The notes under the pieces were generated by a model. That model saw only the letters and a program-made list of their open reading frames with translations, was not told the origin of the DNA and made no database searches. A stretch of 60,867 bases of DNA, filler included. It is 6 parts of 6 records of this genome, joined end to end, with 100 filler letters (N's around TTAATTAATTAA, not from the genome) between each part and the next. Parts side by side here need not be neighbours in the genome. Positions count along the whole stretch, not along the records: positions 1 to 14,716 come from SRR31156797_16522; positions 14,817 to 38,578 come from SRR31156797_16523; 4 more parts are not named here. One strand, 5' to 3'. A program made the translations under genes and the position numbers. Positions 8,064 through 18,460 of the stretch are shown here, one piece after another. Numbering within the stretch: position 1 is the first letter of the stretch; every line of letters starts with the position of its first letter.

Positions 8064-10559
8064 ATGACCAGCATTCTGAAAAACAGAGAACTGCCGCTTG
8101 AAAAACTGAGGTGGACCCTTGACCCGGAAGAACTGCCCTTCAATACCACTGCTGACCTTGACCATGAAGACGTAATTGTCGGCCAGTGCCGGGGGGTTGA
8201 GGCCTTCCGATTCGGTATGGGAATGGGACTCAAGGGATACAATATTTTTGTTACCGGACCTGCCAACACTGGTAAGCAAGCCACAGTAAAAAAGATGCTC
8301 ACCGAGCTTTCCAAAACTGACAAAAGCCCGGATGACCTGCTTTACGTCAACAATTTCAAAGCTAGCGAATCGCCGATCCTGATCCGCATGCCCGCCGGCG
8401 AAGGTGCGGCATTCAAGAAACTCATCCATGACTTTCTGGAAGGCATCAAGCGCGAGGTTCCGCAACTTTTCGAAAGTCAGGAGTACATGGCCCGCAAGAA
8501 TGAAATCATTGAAATGCATGAAAAGCAGACCCGTGAATTCTTCCAAGGCATTGAAGAAAAAGTCAAGGATTCCGGTCTGGTCATCGTTAACATGCAGATG
8601 GGTCATTTCCAGCGCCCTGATGTTGTTCCACTAGTGGACGGCGAACCGCTCCGTATGATTCAGCTTGAAGAAAAGGTCGATAAAGGCCGTTTTCCCCGTG
8701 ATGAATTTGAAAGACTCAAGGAAAAACAAAAAGAGCTGAAAGACGAAATTGATACCATCCTGGCTCAGGTCCGCAAACTTCAAAAAGAAGTAAAGAAAAA
8801 GAGCGAAGACGTGGACAAGCTCATGTTCATGACCCTCGCACAGGACCTGATCGCCCCCCTGCGAGAAAAATATAGTGAAAAAAAAGTCCTCAAGTACTTT
8901 GATGCCATGCTTGAAAACATGAGCGACGAACTTGATTCTCTGCGTATGATCGGCAAAAAGCCGCAAGCCGGAGAAGGAGGTATGATGTTCATGCCTCCGC
9001 AGGCTGATGCCATCCTGCATCCGTACAAGGTCAACCTGCTGGTGGACAACACAGAACAGGACAGCCCCCCGGTTATATTTGAGTCTTACCCCACTTACCG
9101 TAACCTGTTCGGCTCCATTGAAAGGGTCATGGACAGACACGGCGGCTGGCGCACAGACTTCACTAAAATCAAAGCTGGGTCATTCATCAAGGCTAACGGC
9201 GGCTATCTGGTCATCAACCTCATGGACGCCATTGTGGAACCGGGAGTCTGGCCAACTCTCAAACGGTCACTGAAAACCGAGAAGATTGAAATCCAGACCT
9301 TTGACCCCTACTACTTCATATCCTCCACCGGACTGAAACCGGAACCTATTGATATGGACGTAAAAGTGGTCGTACTGGGTGAGCCTTATCTCTACCAGCT
9401 GTTACGCCATTACGATCCCGATGTTCCTAAAATATTCAAGGTCCGCGCCGACTTTGAGACCTCCATGGACCGAGACATGGACGCAATCAATGCCGTATCC
9501 AACTTTATCAGCCGCATGGTTGAAAAAGACGAATTGATGCCTTTTGACCGCTCCGGTGTAGCAGCCATCATCGAACATGCCGTGCGCATGTCCGGTAGGC
9601 AGGAAAAAATAACCACCGCATTCCCACTGCTGGCCGACCTGCTGGGCGAAGCCAGTTATTATGCAGGCCGCAACGGTTCCACAGCAGTGGAAGCAAAGCA
9701 TGTGGTTCAAGCTCTTGAAGCCCATCGGAAACGCTCGAACCAGACTGAAGAACGGTTACAGGAAATGATTGACCGTGGCAGCATCTACGTTGACACCGAC
9801 GGTGCGGTAACCGGGCAGGTCAACGGTCTGGCCGTCTATTCCATGGGCGATTACTCATTCGGTAAGCCTTCACGTATTACCGCTGTAACCGCCATGGGCA
9901 AAGGCGGCATCATTAATATTGAGCGTGAAGCCGACATGTCCGGTCCGACCCATAATAAAGGAATATTCATCCTTTCCGGTTTCCTGCGCCGTCAGTTCGC
10001 GCAGGATAAGCCGCTCTCCCTGACCGCAAGTATCGCCTTCGAGCAATCCTATGGCGGTATTGACGGTGACTCGGCATCATCCACCGAACTCTATGCACTG
10101 CTCTCTTCCCTTGCGGAAGTGCCAATCCGACAGGACATTGCCGTTACCGGATCGGTCAACCAGAAGGGCGAGGTGCAGCCCATCGGCGGGGTAAACCAGA
10201 AGGTGGAAGGTTTCTACCTCTGCTGCAAACACGCAGGATTGACCGGCAGTCAAGGGGTCATGATCCCTGAACCAAATGTGAAGGACCTCATGCTGCGTGC
10301 GGAAGTTGTAGAAGCTGTCCGCGAAGGCAAGTTCCACATCTGGTCAGTGGAAAACATTGAGCAGGGAATTGAAATCCTCACCGGGCTGGCTGCTGGAGAA
10401 ACAGACGATGAAGGCAAATATCCCGAAGAAACTATCTATGGAAAGGTGGACGCAAGACTCGTCGATCTGGCCGAAGGACTCAAGAACTTCGGGGCCAGTG
10501 ATGATGAGAAAGATGAAAAGAAAAAGGAAGGCGGCGCCAGTTGCGGCTGCGGTAAGTAA
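8064..10559 (+). CDS. Lon-like (LonB/LonC type, peptidase S16) protease
   Basis: Walker A-like GPANTGKQ, coiled-coil insertion, KANGGYL, GQVNGLAV, catalytic Ser in DGDSAS and Lys in GGVNQK. Confidence 0.92.
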   Translation: MTSILKNRELPLEKLRWTLDPEELPFNTTADLDHEDVIVGQCRGVEAFRFGMGMGLKGYNIFVTGPANTGKQATVKKMLTELSKTDKSPDDLLYVNNFKASESPILIRMPAGEGAAFKKLIHDFLEGIKREVPQLFESQEYMARKNEIIEMHEKQTREFFQGIEEKVKDSGLVIVNMQMGHFQRPDVVPLVDGEPLRMIQLEEKVDKGRFPRDEFERLKEKQKELKDEIDTILAQVRKLQKEVKKKSEDVDKLMFMTLAQDLIAPLREKYSEKKVLKYFDAMLENMSDELDSLRMIGKKPQAGEGGMMFMPPQADAILHPYKVNLLVDNTEQDSPPVIFESYPTYRNLFGSIERVMDRHGGWRTDFTKIKAGSFIKANGGYLVINLMDAIVEPGVWPTLKRSLKTEKIEIQTFDPYYFISSTGLKPEPIDMDVKVVVLGEPYLYQLLRHYDPDVPKIFKVRADFETSMDRDMDAINAVSNFISRMVEKDELMPFDRSGVAAIIEHAVRMSGRQEKITTAFPLLADLLGEASYYAGRNGSTAVEAKHVVQALEAHRKRSNQTEERLQEMIDRGSIYVDTDGAVTGQVNGLAVYSMGDYSFGKPSRITAVTAMGKGGIINIEREADMSGPTHNKGIFILSGFLRRQFAQDKPLSLTASIAFEQSYGGIDGDSASSTELYALLSSLAEVPIRQDIAVTGSVNQKGEVQPIGGVNQKVEGFYLCCKHAGLTGSQGVMIPEPNVKDLMLRAEVVEAVREGKFHIWSVENIEQGIEILTGLAAGETDDEGKYPEETIYGKVDARLVDLAEGLKNFGASDDEKDEKKKEGGASCGCGK

Positions 10560-10576
10560 CTCGTTTAGGCGACTTT

Positions 10577-10620
10577 AAAAAAATAGCCCGGCAATATCTT
10601 GAATGATATTGCCGGGTTTT
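10577..10620. terminator. Bidirectional terminator between the Lon-like gene and the MCP gene
   Basis: CCCGGCAATATC-N6-GATATTGCCGGG flanked by A and T runs. Confidence 0.8.
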
Positions 10621-10642
10621 AATTTAAACTAAGACTTAATGC

Positions 10643-12808
10643 TTAAGAATTGCGTAGCTCCTCAATCAATCCTGTCAGTTGCTCACCAAGACGCATCAGT
10701 TCTTCTACTGCAGCAGCAGATTCTCGCATGGCCTGAGCATTATCGTTAGCAATGAGATTTACTTCTTCAATTCCACGGTTAATCTGCTCACTTGCAGCAG
10801 ACTGCTCTTCCGATGCAGTAGCAATGCTGCGCACCTGCTCCGAAGTGGTCTCAACAATTTCAACAATTTCCTCAAGGCTTTCACCAGCCTTGCCCGCCAA
10901 TTCAGTACTGGAAACCACCATCTCTGCAGCATTACCCATCTTATCGATGTTACGACGGGTTTCCGACTGGATTGAATGAACAGCCTGTCCCACTTCCTGT
11001 GTGGCCTGCATTGTTTTTTCTGCCAACTTGCGGACTTCATCAGCTACAACCGCAAACCCACGCCCGGCCTCTCCTGCACGCGCAGCCTCAATAGCAGCAT
11101 TCAAGGCCAACAAGTTAGTTTGATCGGCAATATCAGTAATTACGGTAATTACCTGCGAAATACCGTCAGCATGCCCACCCAAAACATCAAGACCTGAAAC
11201 CATTTCTTCGGAATATTTATTTACTTCTGAAATAGCGGAAACAACATTGGCAACAATCTCCCCGCCATCTTCTGCCTTGGATTTCGCATCCAATGCACTC
11301 TCAGAAGCATCACCGGCATTACGGGCTACCTCCAGCACGCTGGCATTCATCTGCTCCATGGCTGTTGCAGACTCGGAAGTACGTTCGCGCTGCGTCTCAG
11401 AGCCACGGTTGGACTCATCAATCTGGGCAGTAAGTTCCTGAGTTGCACTGGAAACCTGCGAAACAATACCGGCAAGCCTCTCTGCAGCCTGTAACATACC
11501 TTCACGCTTGGCATTCTCAGCCTCGGAGCGAGCCTCGTCCGCTTCTTTAAGTGCAACTTGTGCTTTCTCTGTTTGCTCCTGCGCCTCTTGCGCCATTTTT
11601 TCAGATTTAGATATATTATCAACTAGCCCGCTCAACATTTCCCGCAAAGCTGCGTTCAAATCCAGCAACTCACCACCAAACAACGAATCATCAAGCCGGA
11701 CGTCCATATTTCCGCCCGCAACCTCTTTAGCGGCATCAGCCATAATTCCAATTGGTTTTGAAATTGAACGGGCAACAAAAAAGATTGCTATGAGCACAAC
11801 TACGAAGGCAAACACACCGATAAGTATCAGATCATTAGTCAGACTGTTCGAACTTTCGAGTATTTTATCCAGAGGAGCACTGACCGCAAGATACCAACGC
11901 TGATCTATCCCTGGAAATTCCACAGGAACATATTGAACCATAGAAATATGGCCAGTTGCGGCGGCTTTGCGCAATTCAAAGTATGGCTCGGCGGAATTGA
12001 TCGCCTTCCTCAAAGCTGCTTCATCCTGAAAAGAAGCAACATCATAAATATTTTTATCCAAGAAATCCGCTTTCGGATGGTAGATGATATCTCCACTGGG
12101 AGTCATGAGCCATGCGTACCCGGTTTCATAAGGACGGATTTTTGAAACAAGATCCTTAATACTGGTAATGGGCAAATCTGCGCAAAAGACACCTTTAAAC
12201 GCGCCATTCACTATAATCGGCGAACAAATACTGATCATGGACACATCTTTCCCGCCAACATTGTATACATAAGGATCAGTAATAAATGTCCGACGCAACT
12301 CCTTCGGCTTCTGATAATAATCTCCGTCACCGGGAACATCATATCCTACCAAAGGGTCCACTTTAATTGCGCCGCCATCCCTATAAACATAAGGAACAAA
12401 ACGACCGCTGGCATCGTGGTTAGCCGTACCGGCATAATATGCATCCTGCCCGTCAAAAGCATTCGGCTCCCAACCAACACAGGCACCAACATATTCAGGG
12501 TTTCCTGCAACAAAGCCCTTAAGCAGAGCGATAACACTCTCGCGACTCAAATTCTCATTCTCCGCCTTGAGTCCACCAAAGGCTTCAGCGAACCCCTCTG
12601 CCTGATTTTGCGCTTTCGCTACGTAGGCCAGAACCTTCTCACCATAAGTTCCGGCAAGGCCGTAAAGTTCCCTTTCGGCAACTTCTTCAATCGCAGCTGA
12701 ACTTTTATAAGTGGCTACAACCTCAATACTTACCAGTGAGATCAACAACAGAGCGGCCACCGGGAGTAAAATTTTGTAGAGCATTTTCAGGTTTTTGAAC
12801 CAATTCAT
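10643..12808 (-). CDS. Methyl-accepting chemotaxis protein (dCache-HAMP-MCP)
   Basis: Two TMs, periplasmic WEPNAFDG...GRFVPY...YY...TDPY, and the signalling tip [38 protein letters not shown]. Start placed after GGAGGGG. Confidence 0.95.
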   Translation of the reverse strand: MNWFKNLKMLYKILLPVAALLLISLVSIEVVATYKSSAAIEEVAERELYGLAGTYGEKVLAYVAKAQNQAEGFAEAFGGLKAENENLSRESVIALLKGFVAGNPEYVGACVGWEPNAFDGQDAYYAGTANHDASGRFVPYVYRDGGAIKVDPLVGYDVPGDGDYYQKPKELRRTFITDPYVYNVGGKDVSMISICSPIIVNGAFKGVFCADLPITSIKDLVSKIRPYETGYAWLMTPSGDIIYHPKADFLDKNIYDVASFQDEAALRKAINSAEPYFELRKAAATGHISMVQYVPVEFPGIDQRWYLAVSAPLDKILESSNSLTNDLILIGVFAFVVVLIAIFFVARSISKPIGIMADAAKEVAGGNMDVRLDDSLFGGELLDLNAALREMLSGLVDNISKSEKMAQEAQEQTEKAQVALKEADEARSEAENAKREGMLQAAERLAGIVSQVSSATQELTAQIDESNRGSETQRERTSESATAMEQMNASVLEVARNAGDASESALDAKSKAEDGGEIVANVVSAISEVNKYSEEMVSGLDVLGGHADGISQVITVITDIADQTNLLALNAAIEAARAGEAGRGFAVVADEVRKLAEKTMQATQEVGQAVHSIQSETRRNIDKMGNAAEMVVSSTELAGKAGESLEEIVEIVETTSEQVRSIATASEEQSAASEQINRGIEEVNLIANDNAQAMRESAAAVEELMRLGEQLTGLIEELRNS

Positions 12809-12951
12809 TATCCCCTCCATTTATTAATACCCCGAAAGGCACAAACGTACTGCAGAACTAGGACTAACCATAACCATAAAAAGATGTTCACTTTTTAAAA
12901 TACATCAAAACACACAAGATGTCATAAAAAACGCATTATATTTTTAAAAAC

Positions 12952-12985
12952 AAAAAAACGCCCAGCCTTATAAAGGCTGAGCGTT
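12952..12985 (-). terminator. Terminator after the acyltransferase gene
   Basis: AACGCCCAGCCTT/AAGGCTGAGCGTT stem with an A7 run. Confidence 0.65.
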
Positions 12986-13020
12986 CCAGTGACAAACAAC
13001 ATAATTATAAACTCAAAATA

Positions 13021-14127
13021 TTAAAGAACTGAAGAAACGCCCTTCACCTTCTTCAAAGCCACCGTCAATACCCAGCAACAGATAGTCGAACCAAGCAACA
13101 GGATGGGGGCCTTGATGAACGGGGAAGCCTCCATGCCGAGAAGGTAATAGGCACCATAGTATACTGCCAGTGAATGGAAGATATAAAGCCCGTATGAACT
13201 GGCGGAAAAAGATTTCCAGAACCCGTTGGAGCTGTTCACAAAAACTTTAAATATAGCCACTCCAGCCATAAGCGTACTGTAGGCAAATAAGTTAAAACTG
13301 AGCGCATTACCAAACTGTATGGGCAATTCAGTTCCTCTGGCATGCATCATTCCTTTGAAGGTCAAATAAACCACTGCCGAGACAAGGCAAATTATTAACC
13401 ACGGCAGCAACCGTGGAGTATAGCCCTGTCTGGTAAACCAATTGCGTTTCCATGCCAGAACACCAAGCCAGAAATAAAGCAGGTAAACAAACAAGCGCAA
13501 GGGCTGGAAAACGATCAGATAATAATCGGTAATCCATGTATCAACCGGAAAAAACTGGTTCATGCCCAGAAATATTCCGCTGGCAATGACGATGAACAAG
13601 ACAGAAAGCAATGGCGAGGGGTTGCGGCTCACACGCGGAGGACGTTGCAGGCTGGGGAAAAAAGTATAGCAACCGCTGAGAATTAAATAAAACATGGCCA
13701 ACAACCCGAGAAACCAGAACACGGACTGACTGTACATGGAAGTCCAGAATGATCCGGCCCAGAAATCCATATAACTTGGAGCCTTGCCCCTTGAAAGCAG
13801 GATCATGTACATGGCCGGAGGTGAGAGAAAAAGCACTCCCAGTACCCATGGAATAACTATGCGCTTGAATTTTCCGACCCAAAACATGGGCATCCCGTGC
13901 TTCTGTAAAGAAGGAAGGGCAAAATATCCGGCAAGAAAGAACATTATCGCCATGAGGGGTACATCAATAAGCATCACAGCATAGGTAAAAAACATACTCT
14001 GTGCCGGATCAATAACAAACCACCACTGTGGCGCGAACTTCATATAACAAAGAGAAACGTGCAGTACTACAACCATAAATATGGTCACAGCACGCAGATT
14101 ATCGAGGAAGAACATTCGCTGAGTCAT
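13021..14127 (-). CDS. Acyltransferase family 3 membrane protein (OpgC/MdoC-like)
   Basis: DNLRA...VVLH, FFLAGYF, KFKRIVIP, FWFL, SYGLYIFH; about 10 TMs. Confidence 0.88.
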   Translation of the reverse strand: MTQRMFFLDNLRAVTIFMVVVLHVSLCYMKFAPQWWFVIDPAQSMFFTYAVMLIDVPLMAIMFFLAGYFALPSLQKHGMPMFWVGKFKRIVIPWVLGVLFLSPPAMYMILLSRGKAPSYMDFWAGSFWTSMYSQSVFWFLGLLAMFYLILSGCYTFFPSLQRPPRVSRNPSPLLSVLFIVIASGIFLGMNQFFPVDTWITDYYLIVFQPLRLFVYLLYFWLGVLAWKRNWFTRQGYTPRLLPWLIICLVSAVVYLTFKGMMHARGTELPIQFGNALSFNLFAYSTLMAGVAIFKVFVNSSNGFWKSFSASSYGLYIFHSLAVYYGAYYLLGMEASPFIKAPILLLGSTICCWVLTVALKKVKGVSSVL

Positions 14128-14232
14128 AACGCAGAAACCTCTTAACTAAACAATTGTATAAACTACTTCTGATTATTCCCCAGTTAATTCCGAGTCAACC
14201 ATTATAAGTAAAGGGACCGCTCACCCACTAAC

Positions 14233-14265
14233 AAAAAAGGCCGGAGGAAAATCCCCCGGCCTTTT
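14233..14265 (-). terminator. Terminator after the partial MCP gene
   Basis: AAAAAAGGCCGG...CCGGCCTTTT. Confidence 0.7.
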
Positions 14266-14287
14266 GATATACTTATAATTTATGCTG

Positions 14288-14716
14288 CTAAGCTCTGCGC
14301 AACTCTTCAATCAATTCGGAAAGCTGCTCGCCGAGATGCATGAGTTCTTCCACTGCAGTAGAGGACTCGCGCATGGCCTGCGCATTATCGTTGGCAATGA
14401 GGTTTACCTCTTCAATACCGCGATTGATCTGCTCACTGGCGGCAGACTGTTCTTCGGAAGCAGTTGCGATGCTGCGTACCTGCCCTGCAGTTTCCTCGAC
14501 AATCTCAACAATATCTTTGAGAGCGTCACCGGCCTTGTTAGCAGACTCAGTGCTGGCGGAAACCTCAGCTGCAGCCTTAGTCATACCGTCAATATTCTCA
14601 CGGGTACCGCTCTGGATTGCGGAAATAAAATCCCCTACTTCCTTGGTGGCATCCATGGTCTTCTCAGCCAGCTTACGGACTTCATCAGCAACAACAGCAA
14701 AACCGCGTCCGGCATC
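14288..14716 (-). CDS. Methyl-accepting chemotaxis protein, C-terminal fragment (cut by contig end)
   Basis: Frame is open to the spacer: [21 protein letters not shown]...[17 protein letters not shown]. Confidence 0.92.
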   Translation of the reverse strand, partial: DAGRGFAVVADEVRKLAEKTMDATKEVGDFISAIQSGTRENIDGMTKAAAEVSASTESANKAGDALKDIVEIVEETAGQVRSIATASEEQSAASEQINRGIEEVNLIANDNAQAMRESSTAVEELMHLGEQLSELIEELRRA

Positions 14717-14816
14717 NNNNNNNNNNNNNNNNNNNNNNNNNNNNNNNNNNNNNNNNNNNNTTAATTAATTAANNNNNNNNNNNNNNNNNNNNNNNNNNNN
14801 NNNNNNNNNNNNNNNN
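14717..14816. other. Artificial contig spacer
   Basis: N44-TTAATTAATTAA-N44 (stops in all six frames). Confidence 0.98.
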
Positions 14817-14817
14817 C

Positions 14818-15456
14818 ATGTCCATGGCCTGGGGATTCCGGGTGCCTGTTTATCCCAAGATTTCCGCTTCCTCCACATCGTTGGCAGTGCTTAATAATCT
14901 TGTGCGTAATCCGTATGCAGCAGGTCTTGCCATTGATGGTGAAGATGGTGGTACAGGCGCAGCATACAACGTTTCTATGAATCACATGGGGCATCCAATC
15001 GCTTCGAATTTGCGAGATTGCTACAAAACCTTGTGTTTGGCTGGTGCGCAGAATGAGATTCCGCTCATTGCTGGTGGCGGTATCGGTAAACAGGGCAATT
15101 TGGCTGCCAATGCGGCGGCACTTATCATGCTTGGTGCATCTATGGTCCAGATTGGCAAATACGTCATGCAGGCCGCAGCTGGATGTGTTGGGAGTGAAAA
15201 GGATCGCTGTAATGTCTGTAACATTGGTGTTTGTCCCAAGGGTATTACTTCACAGGACCCACGGGTCTATCGCCGTCTTGACCCGGAAAAGGTCGCTGAA
15301 AGAGTGGTGGACTTCTACCTGAGTTTTGACACGGAATTGCGCAAGGTGTTCGCACCGCTTGGTCGGTCCACATCTCTGCCTGTCGGCATGTCCGATGCTT
15401 TGGGCATCTCGGATAAGGATGCGGCTGACCGTCTCGATATTAAGTACGTGATCTAA
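14818..15456 (+). CDS. Glutamate synthase FMN-binding subunit (GltB2-like), 5' truncated
   Basis: AIDGEDGGTGAA, LIAGGGI, and the Fe-S motif CVG...CNVCNIGVCPKGITSQDP. Confidence 0.88.
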   Translation: MSMAWGFRVPVYPKISASSTSLAVLNNLVRNPYAAGLAIDGEDGGTGAAYNVSMNHMGHPIASNLRDCYKTLCLAGAQNEIPLIAGGGIGKQGNLAANAAALIMLGASMVQIGKYVMQAAAGCVGSEKDRCNVCNIGVCPKGITSQDPRVYRRLDPEKVAERVVDFYLSFDTELRKVFAPLGRSTSLPVGMSDALGISDKDAADRLDIKYVI

Positions 15457-15484
15457 TCGAAGTCTCAGGCAATTGGAGAATACT

Positions 15485-17815
15485 ATGGCAAAGAAAATAT
15501 ATCGCATACAAGGTCACGATGATGGTGGCCGCCTTGAATCGCGTATCCTTGAGGAGCGTATTCAAAGTGCTGTTCGCCAAGGTGGCCGCAAGTTTGAAAT
15601 CGAGGCCATGGGCCAGCACGGTATTGGTGGGCGGTTGTGGATTTCCAAGGAAGAGCCGATTACCCTGACCATCACCGGCTCGCCCGGGCAGCGTATTGGT
15701 TCCAAGGGGTTTCCTGGTACGACTATTGAGGTCATGGGGCCTGTCTCTGATGACCTTGGTTGGTTGAATGCCGGAGCCGAAATTATTGTGCATGGGAATG
15801 CTTCCAACGGGGCATGTAATGCCATGGCTCAGGGGAAAGTTTTTATCGGTGGCAATACTGGTTCCCGCTGTATGACCATGACCAAGACCAATCCCCGTTT
15901 TGATCCGCCAGAACTCTGGGTGCTCGGTTCGGTGGGTGATTATTTTGCTGAATTCATGGCTGGCGGTACAGCTGTTGTTTGTGGTCATGAGTCGCAAAGT
16001 CCGAATAATGTCCTTGGTTATCGGCCGTGTGTCGGCATGGTGGGTGGGCAAATCTTTGTTCGTGGGCCTATTGAGGGATTCTCTCAGGCCGATGCCATGA
16101 TGGAACCCATTGACGACGAGACATGGGGATGGCTGACAGAAAATTTGACCGTTTTTCTCAAGAAAATACGACGGAGCCGGTTGCTTCAACGACTCACTCG
16201 GCGTGAGGAATGGCAGCTTATTCGGGCAAAGACGCCGTTTGAAAAGAAAGGAAAGGTCCGTCGGTCCATGGCCGATTTCCGTTCCAATGTTTGGGATGCT
16301 GAATTAGGGCAGGGTGGTATGATTGGAGATCTGACATCACTTGATCGTTCGCCGATTCCGTTGGTGGTTCATGGTGATCTTCGTCGTCGAGTCCCTGTGT
16401 GGGAAAATCGTAAATATATGGCTCCGTGTCAGTCCAGTTGTCCTACGGGGATGCCAGTACAAAAACGGTGGCAACTGGTACGTGATGGACTGGTTGATGA
16501 AGCCGTTGATCTTGCTTTGGCTTATACGCCGTTTCCAGCCACGGTTTGTGGCTACCTTTGTCCCAATTTGTGTATGGAGGGATGTACCCGTTCCACACAA
16601 CAGGGCATGGCCGCAGTTGATATCACCAAACTTGGTCGAGAAGGATACAAATCTGCTGCTCCGAAATTGCCGGAATTGACCGGCAAGCGTGTCGCTGTCA
16701 TCGGTGGCGGACCGGCTGGTATTTCCGTGGCCTGGCAGATTCGCATGAAGGGGCACGAAGCTGTTGTTTTTGATATGGCAGAAAAACTTGGCGGAAAGAT
16801 TGCCTCGGCCATTCCTGAGAGTCGTGTGCCCAAAGAAATTGTCGAAGTTGAGGTTGAACGTGCTGCCAAAGTGTTGCCGCATGTTCATTTGCAACAGCAA
16901 TTGAAGTCAAAGGAATTTGAAGAGCTGAAAGCTGAATATGATTACGTGGTTCTGGCCATTGGCGCGCAGAAACCCAGGATGATTCCCGTACCAGGTCATG
17001 AACGGATCATTCCGGCTCTGACATTTTTACAGGAAGTGAAAAAGGGCGAGATGAAATCCGGTAAGCGCGTGGTCATTATCGGCGCGGGTAATGTCGGATG
17101 TGACGTGGCGACTGTCGCGGCGACTGTTGGTGCCGAAGACATCATGCTCATCGATATTCAGGAACCTGCTTCTTTCGGTAAGGAACGCAAGGAAGCCGAA
17201 GCTGTGGGTGCTCGGTTCAAGTGGCCCTGTTTTACCAAGGAAGTTACGGAGGAAGGTGTTTTGCTTCAAAGTGGTGAATTGCTGAAAGCTGACACGGTTA
17301 TCATGTCCATCGGAGATCAGCCGGATGTGGACTTCCTGCCGGATACCATTGCTTTGGACCGTGGCCATGTGGTGGTCAACGATGACTATCAGACCACGGA
17401 TTCTCGCGTGTTTGCCATCGGTGATATCGTGCGTCCCGGTTTGTTGACCCATGCCATTGGTCATGGGCGCCGTGCAGCCGAGGTTATCGATGACATCTTT
17501 AACAATCGTCGACCTCAGAGTGATACTCGTGAGATGATCGATTATACCCGCATGACGTTGGAATATTTTGACCCACGTGTCATTGAATTCAGTGATATGA
17601 ATCATTGCGGGGCTGAGTGTTCTTCCTGTGGTTCCTGTCGGGATTGCTACATCTGTGACACGATTTGTCCACAGGCTGCCATTAGTCGGAACGAATTACC
17701 GGACGGTGGTTTTGAACGGGTGGTTGATCCTGACAAGTGTATTGCTTGCGGATTTTGCGCTGATTCTTGTCCTTGTGGTATTTGGGATATGAAGAATCCG
17801 GCTCCGTTAGAGTAA
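15485..17815 (+). CDS. Glutamate synthase-related fusion: GXGXG (GltB3) + GltD-like FAD/NAD(P) oxidoreductase + 2x[4Fe-4S] ferredoxin
   Basis: GDYFAEFMAGG, CVGMVGG, CQSSCP, CGYLCPNLC, GGGPAG, GAGNVG, CSSCGSCRDCYICDTICP, CIACGFCADSCP. Confidence 0.88.
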   Translation: MAKKIYRIQGHDDGGRLESRILEERIQSAVRQGGRKFEIEAMGQHGIGGRLWISKEEPITLTITGSPGQRIGSKGFPGTTIEVMGPVSDDLGWLNAGAEIIVHGNASNGACNAMAQGKVFIGGNTGSRCMTMTKTNPRFDPPELWVLGSVGDYFAEFMAGGTAVVCGHESQSPNNVLGYRPCVGMVGGQIFVRGPIEGFSQADAMMEPIDDETWGWLTENLTVFLKKIRRSRLLQRLTRREEWQLIRAKTPFEKKGKVRRSMADFRSNVWDAELGQGGMIGDLTSLDRSPIPLVVHGDLRRRVPVWENRKYMAPCQSSCPTGMPVQKRWQLVRDGLVDEAVDLALAYTPFPATVCGYLCPNLCMEGCTRSTQQGMAAVDITKLGREGYKSAAPKLPELTGKRVAVIGGGPAGISVAWQIRMKGHEAVVFDMAEKLGGKIASAIPESRVPKEIVEVEVERAAKVLPHVHLQQQLKSKEFEELKAEYDYVVLAIGAQKPRMIPVPGHERIIPALTFLQEVKKGEMKSGKRVVIIGAGNVGCDVATVAATVGAEDIMLIDIQEPASFGKERKEAEAVGARFKWPCFTKEVTEEGVLLQSGELLKADTVIMSIGDQPDVDFLPDTIALDRGHVVVNDDYQTTDSRVFAIGDIVRPGLLTHAIGHGRRAAEVIDDIFNNRRPQSDTREMIDYTRMTLEYFDPRVIEFSDMNHCGAECSSCGSCRDCYICDTICPQAAISRNELPDGGFERVVDPDKCIACGFCADSCPCGIWDMKNPAPLE

Positions 17816-17829
17816 TTTTTGGAATGATT

Positions 17830-17864
17830 AAAAAAGGCGGCGAGAATCTCTCGCCGCCTTTTTT
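17830..17864. terminator. Bidirectional terminator
   Basis: AAAAAAGGCGGCGAGA-ATC-TCTCGCCGCCTTTTTT between convergent genes. Confidence 0.88.
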
Positions 17865-17880
17865 CGTCTGTATCAACGGG

Positions 17881-18450
17881 TTACGGGTATCGTCCCATAT
17901 TTCGTTTTTGCTTCAAGCCATGTTCTGTCAACCTGTCGTATTCCTTTTGATCTCTTTTCATTTTGTCCAGAATACGGGTCGCACGTTTTTTGATTTCGGC
18001 CTTGAAATTAATGCAGCTTGTCGTCGGAAAAGATTCCAAGGTGTCGTCAAGCAAATGGGCCGCTTTGGTTGATATCTCGCCATGGATGAGTTCATGTTCT
18101 TCCAGATTCCTCATGAATTCTTTCCACCACTTGCGAGTTTTGTAATCCACACTGTGAACAAGTTTTGGATATTTGTATGTAAGATGAAGGTAGATCGTTG
18201 CCTGTGTAACGGTGCACTTTCCACCCGCATTACGCCATTTAAGGTTGTATTTGATGTTTGTCAGGGTGTGGGCCTGATAGGTCTTAATCCCTTTGTTTAA
18301 TGGCGAATGGTTCTTCAGGTTGGTAAAAATAGTCTTTGGATCACGTCCTTCCACCAAATAATACTCCGTGCTGACAGTTCTGACCACGTCTGCCAGAGCG
18401 GAAGAAGTCAAAAGCAACAGAATGCAGAATGCCAAGAGCAGGCGGCGCAT
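17881..18450 (-). CDS. DUF922-like secreted Zn-dependent protease
   Basis: Signal peptide MRRLLLAF...ALA, YYLVEG, HELIH motif, Q-x-x-YD-x-x-T-x-HG. Start reassigned to ATG 18450. Confidence 0.8.
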   Translation of the reverse strand: MRRLLLAFCILLLLTSSALADVVRTVSTEYYLVEGRDPKTIFTNLKNHSPLNKGIKTYQAHTLTNIKYNLKWRNAGGKCTVTQATIYLHLTYKYPKLVHSVDYKTRKWWKEFMRNLEEHELIHGEISTKAAHLLDDTLESFPTTSCINFKAEIKKRATRILDKMKRDQKEYDRLTEHGLKQKRNMGRYP

Positions 18451-18460
18451 GGTGGTATCC

